Shown here piece after piece: positions 10,060 to 21,320 of a DNA stretch of 64,000 nucleotides (the first letter of the stretch is position 1; every line of letters starts with the position of its first letter). Both the position numbers and the translations under genes were made by a program. The notes beneath the pieces were generated by a model. It saw only the letters and a program-made list of their open reading frames with translations. It was not told the DNA's origin and did no database searches. The DNA comes from an uncultured Methanoregulaceae archaeon. Its GTDB lineage: Archaea; Halobacteriota; Methanomicrobia; Methanomicrobiales; Methanospirillaceae. The stretch spans positions 1,568,001-1,632,000 of the forward strand of contig OY969564.1 of assembly GCA_963701095.1 (NCBI GenBank). Direction: 5' to 3'.

Positions 10060-10924
10060 AACGATGCAACCAGATAAGGAAAGAGCACACGGAAAGGACA
10101 GTGCGGTATCTGAAGCGATTGGATTCATCATTATCTTCGGCATAATTATAGCCGGGATCGGTATTGTCACCCTCTATGGTTATCCGATGCTTTTACAGCA
10201 GCAGTCCACCTCAAACGAACAGATCATGGAGAAAAATATGATCGTTTTGCAGAACGACCTTAAGAGTATTGCTTACAAAACAGTACCCTATACGGAAACC
10301 TCGCTGAATGTGGGCGGCGGGGCTCTCACGGTTTATAATATGACGTATGATAATGCTACTGAGTCGAATTTTTCGATTTATAATCAACAAGGTGTTTGGA
10401 ATGGTTTTGGGATTGCCCCGCCTTCAAATCCACTAATCGTTTCTACCGGTGATCTCCGTTATGAATCGATAAGCGAACAAACCGGTTTGTCACTTGAAAA
10501 CGGGGGTGTAGTCAAACGTTCGCTTTCTGAAAGTGGATCCTCAATGCTTGCCACACCCCGGTGGTATTATGACAGCCAGACCAATACCGCCGTTATCTAC
10601 CTGATTGAATTTGTAACGCCTTCGACCGATATCATGTCCCAGGAGGGCGTTGGTTCGGTGAAAATGGATCTCATTCTGACTAATTATTCTCAATTTCAGC
10701 TTGCACAAGGTGACACACTCTATGTCAAATACCTGCCAAATAACAACGCGGATTATTCCGCGGCGTGGGACAGTTATTTCACCGGGTCTCTAAATATGGT
10801 ACCCACGGGAAATCCGAATGAATATGAATGGCTCGGACCGCTTATGCCGCCGGCACAGCAAGTCCCTGCTTCAGGAGCTACAGTTGTAATCTACCAGTAC
10901 GAAGTAGCTATCGATAATATATAA
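10040..10924 (+). CDS. Prepilin-like protein 5 (start 10040 or 10064)
   Basis: GKDSA/VSEAIGFIIIFGIIIAGIGIVTLYGYP. Confidence 0.8.
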   Translation: MTRRDSETMQPDKERAHGKDSAVSEAIGFIIIFGIIIAGIGIVTLYGYPMLLQQQSTSNEQIMEKNMIVLQNDLKSIAYKTVPYTETSLNVGGGALTVYNMTYDNATESNFSIYNQQGVWNGFGIAPPSNPLIVSTGDLRYESISEQTGLSLENGGVVKRSLSESGSSMLATPRWYYDSQTNTAVIYLIEFVTPSTDIMSQEGVGSVKMDLILTNYSQFQLAQGDTLYVKYLPNNNADYSAAWDSYFTGSLNMVPTGNPNEYEWLGPLMPPAQQVPASGATVVIYQYEVAIDNI

Positions 10925-11157
10925 CCCCATATCGTTCCGGAAAGATGACATTTCCAAATTCTTTTATTAAAACATTTTGAATTAAAAAACAATATAATGG
11001 CTTATGTTCAATAGAAATGCAGATCTAACGTCATATATGTACCAAAAAACCACCAAATTTTTGATATTTTCCTATTTCAAATGATATTTTAAGTTTTCAA
11101 GAAATCAATAAATATATATAATACGAGTGTAAATACCTAACTCAAAGGCGACGAGAC

Positions 11158-14100
11158 ATGCGGGCTCATCTTATTTTGATTTCAATAGCTTTTCTGCTCC
11201 TGTTGGCAGGTGCAGGCAATGCCGCAGTAATTCCGGATCAGAATTCAACAATTTCGAGTAATACAGCAAACAATTGGGTCGTAGTAGCCCATCAGTCAAT
11301 TATTACGGTCGATGCGTATAACTCGACAGCCCTAAATCCGGTGGTGGGTGCAACTGTCACGTTTGCACTTAACTCAACACTACTGGGATCGCTCACTCCG
11401 AGTAGCGGTATTAGTGATGCAAGCGGAATGGCAGAGAGTACATTTAGTGCGGGCACAAAAACCGGTGCAGTCAATATCACGGCGACAATAACCTATAATA
11501 ATATCACGGTTACCAAGGTTCTTACCGAAAATATCGATCATGATGTTGCACAAAATGCAGCGTTTGATTTCATGAATGAAGTGACTGTAGGTTCAGAAAC
11601 ACCTTTCAATATCAGACTTAACTGACAAATATGGCAATCCCATAGACAACCGGAATCCCGCCGATCTGCATTCAGTAGCGCTCTGGATATCCGCATCATC
11701 CGATAATATGGCGGCGTTCAATATCAGTGGAACTCATTTGCAGTATATTAATCAGTCACTGGATGCAAACGGGAATATTTCGGTCAGTGTTATTACAGAT
11801 ACTAAGCCGGGAGAAAATGAAATTCTGCTCTACCCCTTTGGTAACGTCGGTTATCCGTGGGGTGTTCCACAGTTTATTTACGGTTTAAATGACGGCCAAC
11901 CCTATTCCGTTACTGAATCCATAACCCCTTCAAACCTTATTGAACCTGCAGATAATGGACCTGATCATATTTTTAGTGTCACTACGACGTTATATGACAA
12001 ATACGGGAACCCGACCGAAGACCAAGAAGTGCAGGTACAATCGAACTATGCCGGGGATCCTATAGTAAATATGTCATCCAACCCCTTTGGTCAGGTTTTT
12101 TATACCTATGGTCCGCATAGCGCATCCGGTTATGTCATCCTGACAGCAACATGTCCGTCAAATACTTCGGTTAGCACTTCCGAAACAGTTCAATTCTATA
12201 GCACAGCTCCGGTGAACATGGCATTTACGGCAACGCCCCAAGTGATGGCAAGCCTTGATGCCAATCCCTCACAAATCGCACTGCTCCAGGCAAAAGTGAT
12301 GGATGAGATGGGAAACCCGGTAGCAAACCAGACAGTAACATTCAGTCTTGGAACACCCACCTACACGTATTCAAACTGCTCTCTCAGTGGGCCGACCCTG
12401 TTAAACACCACAGCGACAACCAACATAAATGGAACTGCTACTGTTGTCTTTATTCCCGGAAAATTTGACACGAACCAGGCAAATATAAGTTATGATCCGA
12501 CAGATACAGGTTCCGTCACGGCGACGGCAACATGGAATGGTATTAATCAGCCAATCAAAATGAGCTGGAAGAATTATCCCTATCTCAGTGAGCAAACTAC
12601 GGTAATTCCTCCAAACGTTAATGTGGGCGGTAATTTCACTGTTATGATCAATCTCACAGCTGATGGGTGGAATCTGACCGGGACACCTGCCGATGTCGTC
12701 ATCGTATCAGATCTTGCGGGAGGTATTGGCGGGACTGGGCGGTTGGCAAACACTCAAAAAGCAGAAGTGGGATTTATCAAAAATGCTACCGACGATACCT
12801 ATATTTCTTTGGCATCTTTTGGTGACAGTCCAAGCCCAAGCGGTTCATATTATGCATCATCGGATACCCGTACTCTTTATGCGGAACAAAAAGCAGCCTA
12901 CCCGGCTATATTGAAACCTTTTAATCCCTATGGCCTGGTAAATGACAGTGATATGGTCGATCCCGCACATTGGAATAGTATCACGAGCGGAAACGATTAT
13001 TGTTTTAATGGTGTCGCCTGTATTAATGCCACAAATCCAATGAGTTATCAATATTTAAACCCATGGTCAGACGCGTCGGTAGATGCTCCTCTTGAGAATG
13101 CTGGACCGACATTTGGGAACCAGCCCGCACTCTCTAATACTGTGAATCAGTATACGGCAAACGGCGGGACAGATTATGCGGCAGGCATTAATGCCGCTCT
13201 CCAGGTTTTGGTTGGGTCGCCCGGTCACCCGGCTCAGGGCAATCCCACACATAACCAGACGGTCATTATTATGGGGGACGGCATCAACATGATGGCCCCG
13301 ATTGCACCCGGCTCCCTGGAATCCTATTGGCCTTCCGACTGGAATCCTAGAAATGGGACCGGGACATCCGAAGGTCCGCAGCTCTGGTGGTTTGATGAGA
13401 GCGATGTCGGAAAAGCTGCTGCTGTTGATGCGGCGACCCGGGCAAAAAACCAGGGAATAACCATTTATGGGATTGGGTTCCCGGACGCTGATAATTCCGG
13501 TCATAACAACATTTCGGACATGTCATTCTTTGACAGTCTGGCGTCAGCACCAAGCACAGTATATTTTGCCCCGGATCCCACTACGATGACAGGAATATTC
13601 CAGCAGATCGAAGGGCAGATCCAGAACACAGCAGGGGTAAATACTACCATGACACTGAACCTGCAGAGCGTTGCCATTACATACGACAATGTAACCAATG
13701 TGTCAAGTGATGCTCTCAGTTACGTATATAATCCTGCATCATCAACACAAATTACCGATCAGAACGGGTACACTTCCATTATCAATCAGACCGATGAATG
13801 GAACCAGAACAAAACCCTTATATTTAATATAGGAAAAATGACCGTCGGGCAGACATGGAGTACTTCATTCGAATTGCAGCTCCTGCAACCAGGCAGTGCC
13901 AATATTCCTGGTAACATGTCTACGATTTGTTTTAATACCGGACAATGCATGATACCGAATAGTGGTACTGTAACCGGAAGTGAAAATTATTCAAATACCG
14001 GTTTTAATATGCCGGTAATTGGTATCACTGACCTTCAGGCACAGAGTAGTACAGTAACCACGGTTGTTCCACTCCAATGGAATATCACTTACCCGGGCAG

Positions 14101-14353
14101 CGAATATGCTACTGAGGATCTTTATTATAATTCTGTAAGTAACCCCACATGGAAATTTATTGCCGAGCGGCCGGTCGATGGTCCAGTATTCAATTACACT
14201 CAGGCATATAGCTGGGACGTCAGCAGCCTCCCGGCGGGAGATTATTCTGTTGAAGTAATAGCTTATGCGCATGATGCCGACAGTGGAAAAGAGATTATCC
14301 CCACTTCGATCGTACTTGGGCAATCAGCTAAGGCATTTATCAGACTTCAATAA
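11158..14353 (+). CDS. Large secreted Ig-like (Big_1-type) repeat + VWA domain adhesin, ~1064 aa; one extra base near 11616
   Basis: Sec signal peptide. Removing one base from ATCAGACTTA joins the two ORFs through LTDKYGNP, which matches the later repeats LYDKYGNP and VMDEMGNP. VWA motifs DVVIVSD, GGTDYAAGI, IIMGDG, IYGIGF. Confidence 0.8.
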
Positions 14354-14369
14354 ATTTTTGATTTTTTTT
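14354..14369 (+). terminator. Oligo-T tract after the adhesin gene (archaeal-type terminator)
   Basis: ATTTTTGATTTTTTTT directly after the TAA stop. Confidence 0.5.
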
Positions 14370-14870
14370 CAAGGTTCACCCCTTTCAGAAAAAGAGAGGC
14401 CGACAAGTTCCTTTTTTGGCCAGTTCCTCCTTTGATAAATTGATAGGAAAAAAAACGTTTCTATAGAAATCTTCATTTTCGTTCGAAAAACAGCATTTCT
14501 ACAGAGAGGCCGAAAAATGCTCTATTGGATCGTTGACAAAAATCAACGGGGTGAGATTGAACATATATTTGGTGAATATCTCTATATTTTGCTTTAAACG
14601 GAAAATTCATCTCTTTTATGGACAGACAAAATTCGGGTCGTAAAAAACGCATCTAAAAAGATATATCGACGTTCAAAAGAGCAAGGTACGGCGTCTCCTT
14701 ACCCATTTTATGCAAATAAATAGTGAGGAGACACAATAACGTCGAAAAACCAACATGTCAGTTTTGTTGAATTATCGTCCAGCTTGATCAAGGATTCATT
14801 CTTCATCCTAATCTGTTACTGGGGAGTTCGACAGAACCGAAATAACAGCCTCTTCATGAAATCATGGGGA

Positions 14871-15182
14871 TCAAAGGTAATGACTACGCCGCAGCCATTC
14901 AACTTGCGGGCTGGTGTATCGGTGAAGGATATCGCATTTTTCATCCTAATAATTTCAAGGGACAATGATAAGGAAGTCGCCTTCCCGGATCCAGACTTTC
15001 TTTTTTATCTTTCCCCTGATCCTTCCCATCCGTGTCACACCATCGAAACACCGGATGCGGATGTGATTTGATCCCATCATGAGTTCAGCACACCCAAATT
15101 GTTCGCGGTCGCGTTTCTGAGGAAGTCTCACACGGACAACCTCATCACCTGATCCAGTTACCGGGGATTTTTTTTCAGACCG
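14871..15182 (-). pseudogene. eif1a: Translation initiation factor aIF-1A (eIF-1A) copy with two in-frame stops and no canonical start
   Basis: Manual translation: SEKKSPVTGSGDEVVRVRLPQKRDREQFGCAELMMGSNHIRIRCFDGVTRMGRIRGKIKKKVWIREGDFLIIVP*NY*DEKCDILHRYTSPQVEWLRRSHYL*. TGA at 14957-14955 (expected W) and TAG at 14948-14946 (expected Q). Confidence 0.88.
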
Positions 15183-15330
15183 AACGAGCCTCTCCTCTGT
15201 GCCATTTCAGGCGCCCACATTTATTTTTTGGTGCCAAAAAAATATATTTTTTTATGCGTGAAATAGACCCGACCACTCACAGGGATAGAAATATCTATAA
15301 TTTTAAGGAGAATAATCCTTTGAGGGATAA

Positions 15331-15413
15331 TGCGAGAAGCAGGAGTCGAACCTGCGAACCCCTACGGGAACGGATCTTGAGCCCGCCTCTTTTGGCCACT
15401 TAGATATTCTCGC
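15331..15413 (-). tRNA. tRNA-Leu(CAA)
   Basis: Acceptor GCGAGAA/TTCTCGC-A, anticodon loop CTCAAGA, long variable arm CCCGTAGGG, T-arm GCAGG-TTCGACT-CCTGC; no encoded CCA. Confidence 0.88.
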
Positions 15414-15581
15414 ACAAAATAATGGTGCTTATACGATAGTAAAAGGCTTTGAAAACTCAAAAATCTTATGTCAGAATACTTTTAATTTTACAATCCGTTC
15501 TCATAGGTCAGGCTTCGAACCTCATAATTGTGCTCGATCATATTGGTTGAGAGAAAACACATATGGTATCAGATAAGGAAA

Positions 15582-18500
15582 TCACATGAAATCGGCGAGG
15601 CCCAGCTGTTCCTGTTTTTCCTCGCCAAAAGTCGACTCGATTGCAAGATCGAGCACCTCTACTCGCTGCCTGCAATATTCTGATACATGGTATTTTTTTA
15701 CCATACTGCGAGAGACTTCGAGATATTTTTTAACCGATCCTTCATGTACAGTCGGGATAATATTGCCATTACATACCCCTTTACCCTTGAATTTTGTGCA
15801 TTTGCCGGCAAGAGGCATCCTGCGATAACTGGTGTTGCATTTAGTGCACCGGAACTTCTGCTTGGAAAACGCCGAGAGGTTACCCATCAGATCGCGGATG
15901 AAATGCGTATTGAGAACGCGCTCTGCAACATCATCAGCGTCGACCGCCCGGATCTTCTCAGCCAGATCCAGCTCGGCCTCGAGTTTCTCCGTCATGGTTT
16001 TGAGCTGCGTATACGTGGATTCCAATGGCCCCGCCGATATATCTGAAGTGTCATGGGTAAAGTAAAATCCTTCGAGCTGTTGAGGGGTACCCAACCGCCG
16101 CTCAACACGATCTATGAGCTTCTCGACATCCTTTGCCTTCGCATAAACGAGACCGGCCTCATAAAGCTCGATCGGGTAGGTGCGACCTACATCTACGTTC
16201 AGGGATTCTTTGTCAATCTCTGCAGGATCAATACGGCTTGTGAGGACTAAAGGTGCGTCCATCGTGCCACCACGGTTTTGGGGTAAGAAGGAGCGTGAGA
16301 AATTCAAAAGACCGTCCATAAGGAGCATTATGCAATCTTCATCACCGTCGCATTGGCCGGTAAAGATGCCATTTGCCACAAGAGTGTGATCGTCTGCCAC
16401 AGTCAGGCAGTACACCCGATCCTCAAGTGATGTTACTGTTTCAACTGTTTTAATCCGATCTGCAATAACCGAGCCGCCTTCAAAGACCGGTACAGCGTCG
16501 CCGACTTTAATTTCGAGAGCCTTGATTTTCCGTAAATACCCGATGTCCCAGACCAGCATCGCATGATCCGGGGTAACCATCAACTCGCGGTTCCGGGCGG
16601 TAGTTAATCGCACCAGATGTGCCGGCGCACGGTGGATGGAAACCGACGTAATCCTGCGCAGGTGCATCATGCCGGTTGTATCTACAGTTCTCGTAAAATA
16701 AGGGAAGACCGGATCGGAGTAATACGTACCCAGCCGATCCAGTCCTGGTTTACTGACATCAAAGTTCTCCAGTACGAATTTCCGGATGGGGAGATGTAAC
16801 CAGGTTTTTCCGTTGTAGACTTCAATTTCGGTGCCACCGTAAAAACAATTCCGGCGTTTAGCCGCATGAAAAAAAGGATGGGCATAACCGACGTTTGCCC
16901 TTGTAAATCCAATGATCCGCGCTAATACACCGGCGCTCGTGTGGGGGGCAAGCCCAATTACAAGGTGGCCGACCAAGTCGTCTCTGGTCTTTACATTATA
17001 GAATGCGGGCAAACCATAAAATTTGGTCAATTCGTCATCAATAAATTGCGCAACTTTCATCATGTAATCCGCGCACGAGTCGGAAACAAGCAGATCCTGG
17101 GGATGCATTTCCACGACTTGTTTGCCATTCTGGAGATCGTATCCGTTCATATCCTTAAGGTACCCAAGCGACCTGAGTTTCTCGACCGGAACACAAACCT
17201 CATCCGGCCTGATATGGGTCAAGGGTAGATCAATCATGTCGAACCGGGTTGTGCCGTCTTTAAAAACATAAATATCCTGCTGAGCGCGAAGAATACCTTT
17301 TTCCATTGCTTCTACAGTCTTTTCCCGTGATATGACACCTTTGACACCTTTCACAAGGGCAATGCTCCCTTTTTTTATCCCAAGACGGTCCATAGCCTTT
17401 GCATATTCCCCTTTCACATTCAGGCTGATCCGCTGGCTGCATATGGCCGGGACGTCACAGTTCGGGCAGCGTTCACCAGCGACTTCGTGTCCGCACTTCG
17501 GACAGGTGTTTACCGGGGTTGTATGGGTCCCACATTTCTGGCATTGGTTCATGTACGTGATCTCGCCGCAGCCAGAACATCGCCGCCGCCCGACCTCGAT
17601 CTCGATGATCCCTCCTTCTTTCTGGAAATCAATCTCAGTCGCGTGAGCGTCTGATTCCTCAGTATGGATCGAAGCTTCCTGGAATGATCGTCTGGAACCT
17701 CCGGATTCACCAAGCGGGAAAAGTGCATGCGGTGGCGGACTCATCTTCCGTGGCTTGGATTTGCCAGGACGGCCCATTCGACCACCAATCCGAAGACCTG
17801 ATCGTGAACGGAGCCTGATATTGCTCAGGTGCATAACTAGTGCAAGTGGAGCAGCATCGGCTGGTGCCGTTTTCCAGGTCGACCGCTTTTTTAATTGGTC
17901 ATCAAGGCCAAGGCAGGCCACAAAAGCCCCGAAGATCCGGATCCATATTATTCCTCCGCTCACCTTATGGGGGATCAAAAGGAACTCAAGAGATTCTTTT
18001 ACCTCCGGGCTAAGAGGAATGGTCAGTGCTCCATCCTCAATCGTCCCGGTACTCGAAACAATTTCGGCAAGTAGCCGGATCTGGTTTGACGTAATATCGT
18101 CCCAGAACCACGTATAGGCCGGATGAAGGAACCCCCCGGATTTAGCAAGAGCGATTGCCCCTTTTTCGTCTGATGGGGATTTTTCACCCGGGCCTTGGTC
18201 GAGGAGCCACCATTCCTCGCAATAACCTGCAGGTACCAGAGGGTGATTATTTTCTAAAAAATCTCCATAGGCAATCAGGATTTCGCCGACATCCAGGATT
18301 CTTTCGACCTTTGATATTACGGCAAGGGCAGTTTTTTCATCATCTACCCGGATGACTTCCCCGCCGGTCAGGCGCACTGTCGGTCCTTCGATAGTATCGA
18401 CAGGAACAACCCCGCATGCTTTTCCGGGCCGCTCAAGTTTCATCTGGGTACCGACCGCAAGGAAACCGCCCAGAATGTGAAGGGTCGCCGGATTGAACCC

Positions 18501-19503
18501 TGCCGTGGCAAACCCGGTATTACGGGAACGGCCGTACCGGAGCCTAAATCCCCCTTTGCGCATAGGATACGAAAAGACCGGTCTACCCCCAATGAGATCC
18601 CGGAGATATTTGTCGAGAGGTTTGACGCCTGGGGCATCATCCTCATCCCCCGGTTTTGCTGCCCCTGCGATGAGCTTGTCCAGCCAGTCCCAGCCACTCA
18701 TATTCATTTTCTCGACCTTATTCTTGAGCTTGCGGGCTTTACCTGCAATTCCTTCAGCAAGGACGAGCGCCATTCCGCCACGGACTGCATTTGTCTCTAC
18801 GCGTTCAAGGTTCCGGTGCCCGGAGACTTCTTCTTTTTCCGTAGCTTCACCATCAATACAAACCGGACAGTTTTCTACGATCAACCGAATCTCTGCTTCG
18901 CTTGGCAGATACTGGAGGTTCATTATGGAGTTGTACTGGCGAATCTCCTCGATGTACCGCTCAACCTCGACTTGGCGTGGAAGGTAACGGCTAATCCCGA
19001 GTTTCTGCCTGACATAATCACCGACAAGTACCGAAAGGGCCTGAGCTGTCCCACCTGCACTGCGGATCGGGCCGGCATAATATATTTTCAGGAATGAACT
19101 ACCGTCATCGTTATTACCAAGACCCACTTTTGCAATCCCTTCAGTGGGCGCCGAGACCACACCTTCTGTCAAGAGAGCCATTGCAGTTCGAATAGAGTGG
19201 TCCAGAACCTCATTGTTGTTTTTCTCACCGAACATCCGTGCGACAAAATCGTCGCCAATCCGAAGTGCCGCTTCCTCACGGGACATCTGCGATTCGAGTT
19301 CCCGGATCCTGGCTGCCACTCCTTTTATCCCGAGAAGTGCCTCAACCCGGTCCGCGAGATCGCTCAGCTATCGGTATCTCGACGTCCAGGCTCGGATCGA
19401 GACCGCGTGAACGCGCTTCTTTTGCAAGCGCAATTGCACGGGTAAGCCCCTCCATCAGGCTGTTCCCGTACATTTCCATCTCAGGTGAGATGATGAGCAT
19501 CAT
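15582..19503 (-). CDS. polC: DNA polymerase D large subunit DP2 with intein; one extra base near 19366
   Basis: N-terminus [25 protein letters not shown] restored by removing one base; [39 protein letters not shown]-terminal Zn motifs and QLGLADF PIP box. Confidence 0.95.
16353..16847 (-). mobile_element. Mini-intein (165 aa) in DP2: N-terminal Cys, C-terminal Gly-Gln, no homing endonuclease
   Basis: [16 protein letters not shown]...VTPDH...[25 protein letters not shown]; excision restores AAKRRNCDGDED. Confidence 0.93.
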
Positions 19504-19583
19504 GATACATTCATACGGCTGAAAATTTATACTGTATTATTTAGGTTTTCCTCCTCCCTGAAAAAGGAAGGCCCGGGCAGGGA

Positions 19584-20120
19584 TCAGATCTCTTTTCTAT
19601 CAAGGATTTGGTCGACTAATGACGGCAGACCGGTTTCGCCCATCTGCCAAAGAGTGAGCGTAGCGCATGAGCGGAGAATCTCGTTAGAATCAGAAAGCCG
19701 ACGATTAAGCGGTTCGACTGCAGGTTTCCCGATCCTGCAGAGTGCCCTTGACAGAAAACCACGTAATTCGCGGTCTTCACTTGCCATTGCAGAAATTATC
19801 GGTTCTACCGCCGGTTCCCCAATCTCCCCGAGCGCTGCGGCAGCGTAGCGCCGGAATTCATGGTCCTGATTCTTTTCCATCGCTGAAATGAGCGGGCTTA
19901 TTGCTGGGATCCCCACTTTCGCAAGAGCGATCGCACGGTACCAACGCCGATCATTATCACACACTTCAGCCATGGAGTTGATTAAAGGCTCAACCACAGC
20001 CTCACCTCCATCTGCAAGCACGAGAACTGCATGATGCCGGTTTTCCATAGAAAGATCGTCAAGCTGGCTGAGCTGGAAGACAATAGTGTCCTGATCGTTT
20101 TTATGATCTGTTGTGTTCAT
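19584..20120 (-). CDS. HEAT/PBS-lyase repeat protein
   Basis: Repeats of R..AA.ALG.IGEPAVEPL; start placed at ATG 20120. Confidence 0.85.
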   Translation of the reverse strand: MNTTDHKNDQDTIVFQLSQLDDLSMENRHHAVLVLADGGEAVVEPLINSMAEVCDNDRRWYRAIALAKVGIPAISPLISAMEKNQDHEFRRYAAAALGEIGEPAVEPIISAMASEDRELRGFLSRALCRIGKPAVEPLNRRLSDSNEILRSCATLTLWQMGETGLPSLVDQILDRKEI

Positions 20121-20201
20121 GGGAATCACCGTTATCCTCCCTATTTCGCGTAGCATCTCATGGTTGTTACTACCGGGATATATCCGGCTAATTTTCTTTT
20201 A

Positions 20202-21320
20202 TTATGCAAAACCAAAAAAAGGGGGAATAAATAGGAGACAGAAGAAAATTGCCATCAGGACAAGTCCGAGAGGAATGCCCAATCGAGCCCACTCCCGGCT
20301 TGTGATTCCTGTTTTTGTTGCCGCGATGATGTTTGGGATGTTACCTGGAATCAGCATACCACCTGATATGAGCAGCGCCAAAAGAGCGCTTGTGATCTGG
20401 TTTAAGGAAAGTGCTGGGCTAATCTCGGCAGCGGCGAGGGTGGCATTATCGAGTACCGCTGAAATCATATTGACCCAGTAAAGAAATTCCGGCGGAATAA
20501 GGACAACATAGCCGAGGATCAGAGGCTGGAATCCATCTCCAAGAAAAATGAGGGCCATAATGAAAAGATAGATTTTCCCGGCCCGGACAATAATATCACT
20601 TACCTTTTCACGCTCAACAACACATCGGATGTTTGTTTCGTCGGTCTTCCGTCTTTTTAAGGCAACCAAACCGAGAATTCCGAGGAGAATAACAGCGATA
20701 ATGATATAGATCCCAAGTATGCCAGCAAGAAACCCAAAGCCGGCGTGATAGGGATCGCCGGATAGCCGGGATACTACGATTGTCGTGAGTGGTTCACCAA
20801 GGGGGGTCAGACCAGCCCCAATGCCGATGGCGAAGCATGCAATTACTGTGATCTCAATCTTGGATTCTTTAACCAGAGGGAGGGTATTTATAATTTCCAC
20901 AAGGATAATCGCCGCGAGAATAGCAGATATGACACTGGATACGAGACCAATTATAACGATAAGCAGCGGCACGATTAGGATCAGGGAACATAATTCTACA
21001 ACGCCATTGATCGCTCGCTCAAGGTGATGGTGGAAATAGTAGATGAGAATTCCCATAACAAGGACGATCTGAACAATCCCAATCGGGATTCCTGCCACCG
21101 ACACGATATTCAAAGGAGCGGTAAGTGCTTCAACAACAACCGCTATGCTCCAGCCGTTGTATTCTCCGGGAAGATTCACAAAACCCGAAAGTGTAAGGGC
21201 AAGGACACCGCAGAAGAACAGGAAAATCTCGAGATTTTCTTCGATCTTTCTTGTTGAGAAAGGAAGAATCAGGACGGCACAGAAAATGATGAAAAGGCCG
21301 AGGATCACAAAAATATCCAT
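20202..21320 (-). CDS. DUF1646 family predicted cation transporter (ion-transporter superfamily)
   Basis: KIEENLEIFLF, GAGLTPLGEPL, SAVLDNATLAAAE, GGMLIPGNIPNII; about 10 TM segments. Confidence 0.8.
   Translation of the reverse strand: MDIFVILGLFIIFCAVLILPFSTRKIEENLEIFLFFCGVLALTLSGFVNLPGEYNGWSIAVVVEALTAPLNIVSVAGIPIGIVQIVLVMGILIYYFHHHLERAINGVVELCSLILIVPLLIVIIGLVSSVISAILAAIILVEIINTLPLVKESKIEITVIACFAIGIGAGLTPLGEPLTTIVVSRLSGDPYHAGFGFLAGILGIYIIIAVILLGILGLVALKRRKTDETNIRCVVEREKVSDIIVRAGKIYLFIMALIFLGDGFQPLILGYVVLIPPEFLYWVNMISAVLDNATLAAAEISPALSLNQITSALLALLISGGMLIPGNIPNIIAATKTGITSREWARLGIPLGLVLMAIFFCLLFIPPFFGFA

Noticed and set aside
14946..14957. Genome-wide stop-codon reassignment or Sec/Pyl insertion
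   Set aside because: TGA and TAG terminate ordinary genes here, the positions correspond to Trp and Gln, and no other gene shows in-frame stops
14784..15071. 95-aa plus-strand ORF in the track
   Set aside because: Antisense shadow of the aIF-1A pseudogene
14354..15413. Integrated element at the 3' end of tRNA-Leu
   Set aside because: No integrase and no duplicated tRNA 3' end seen in the window
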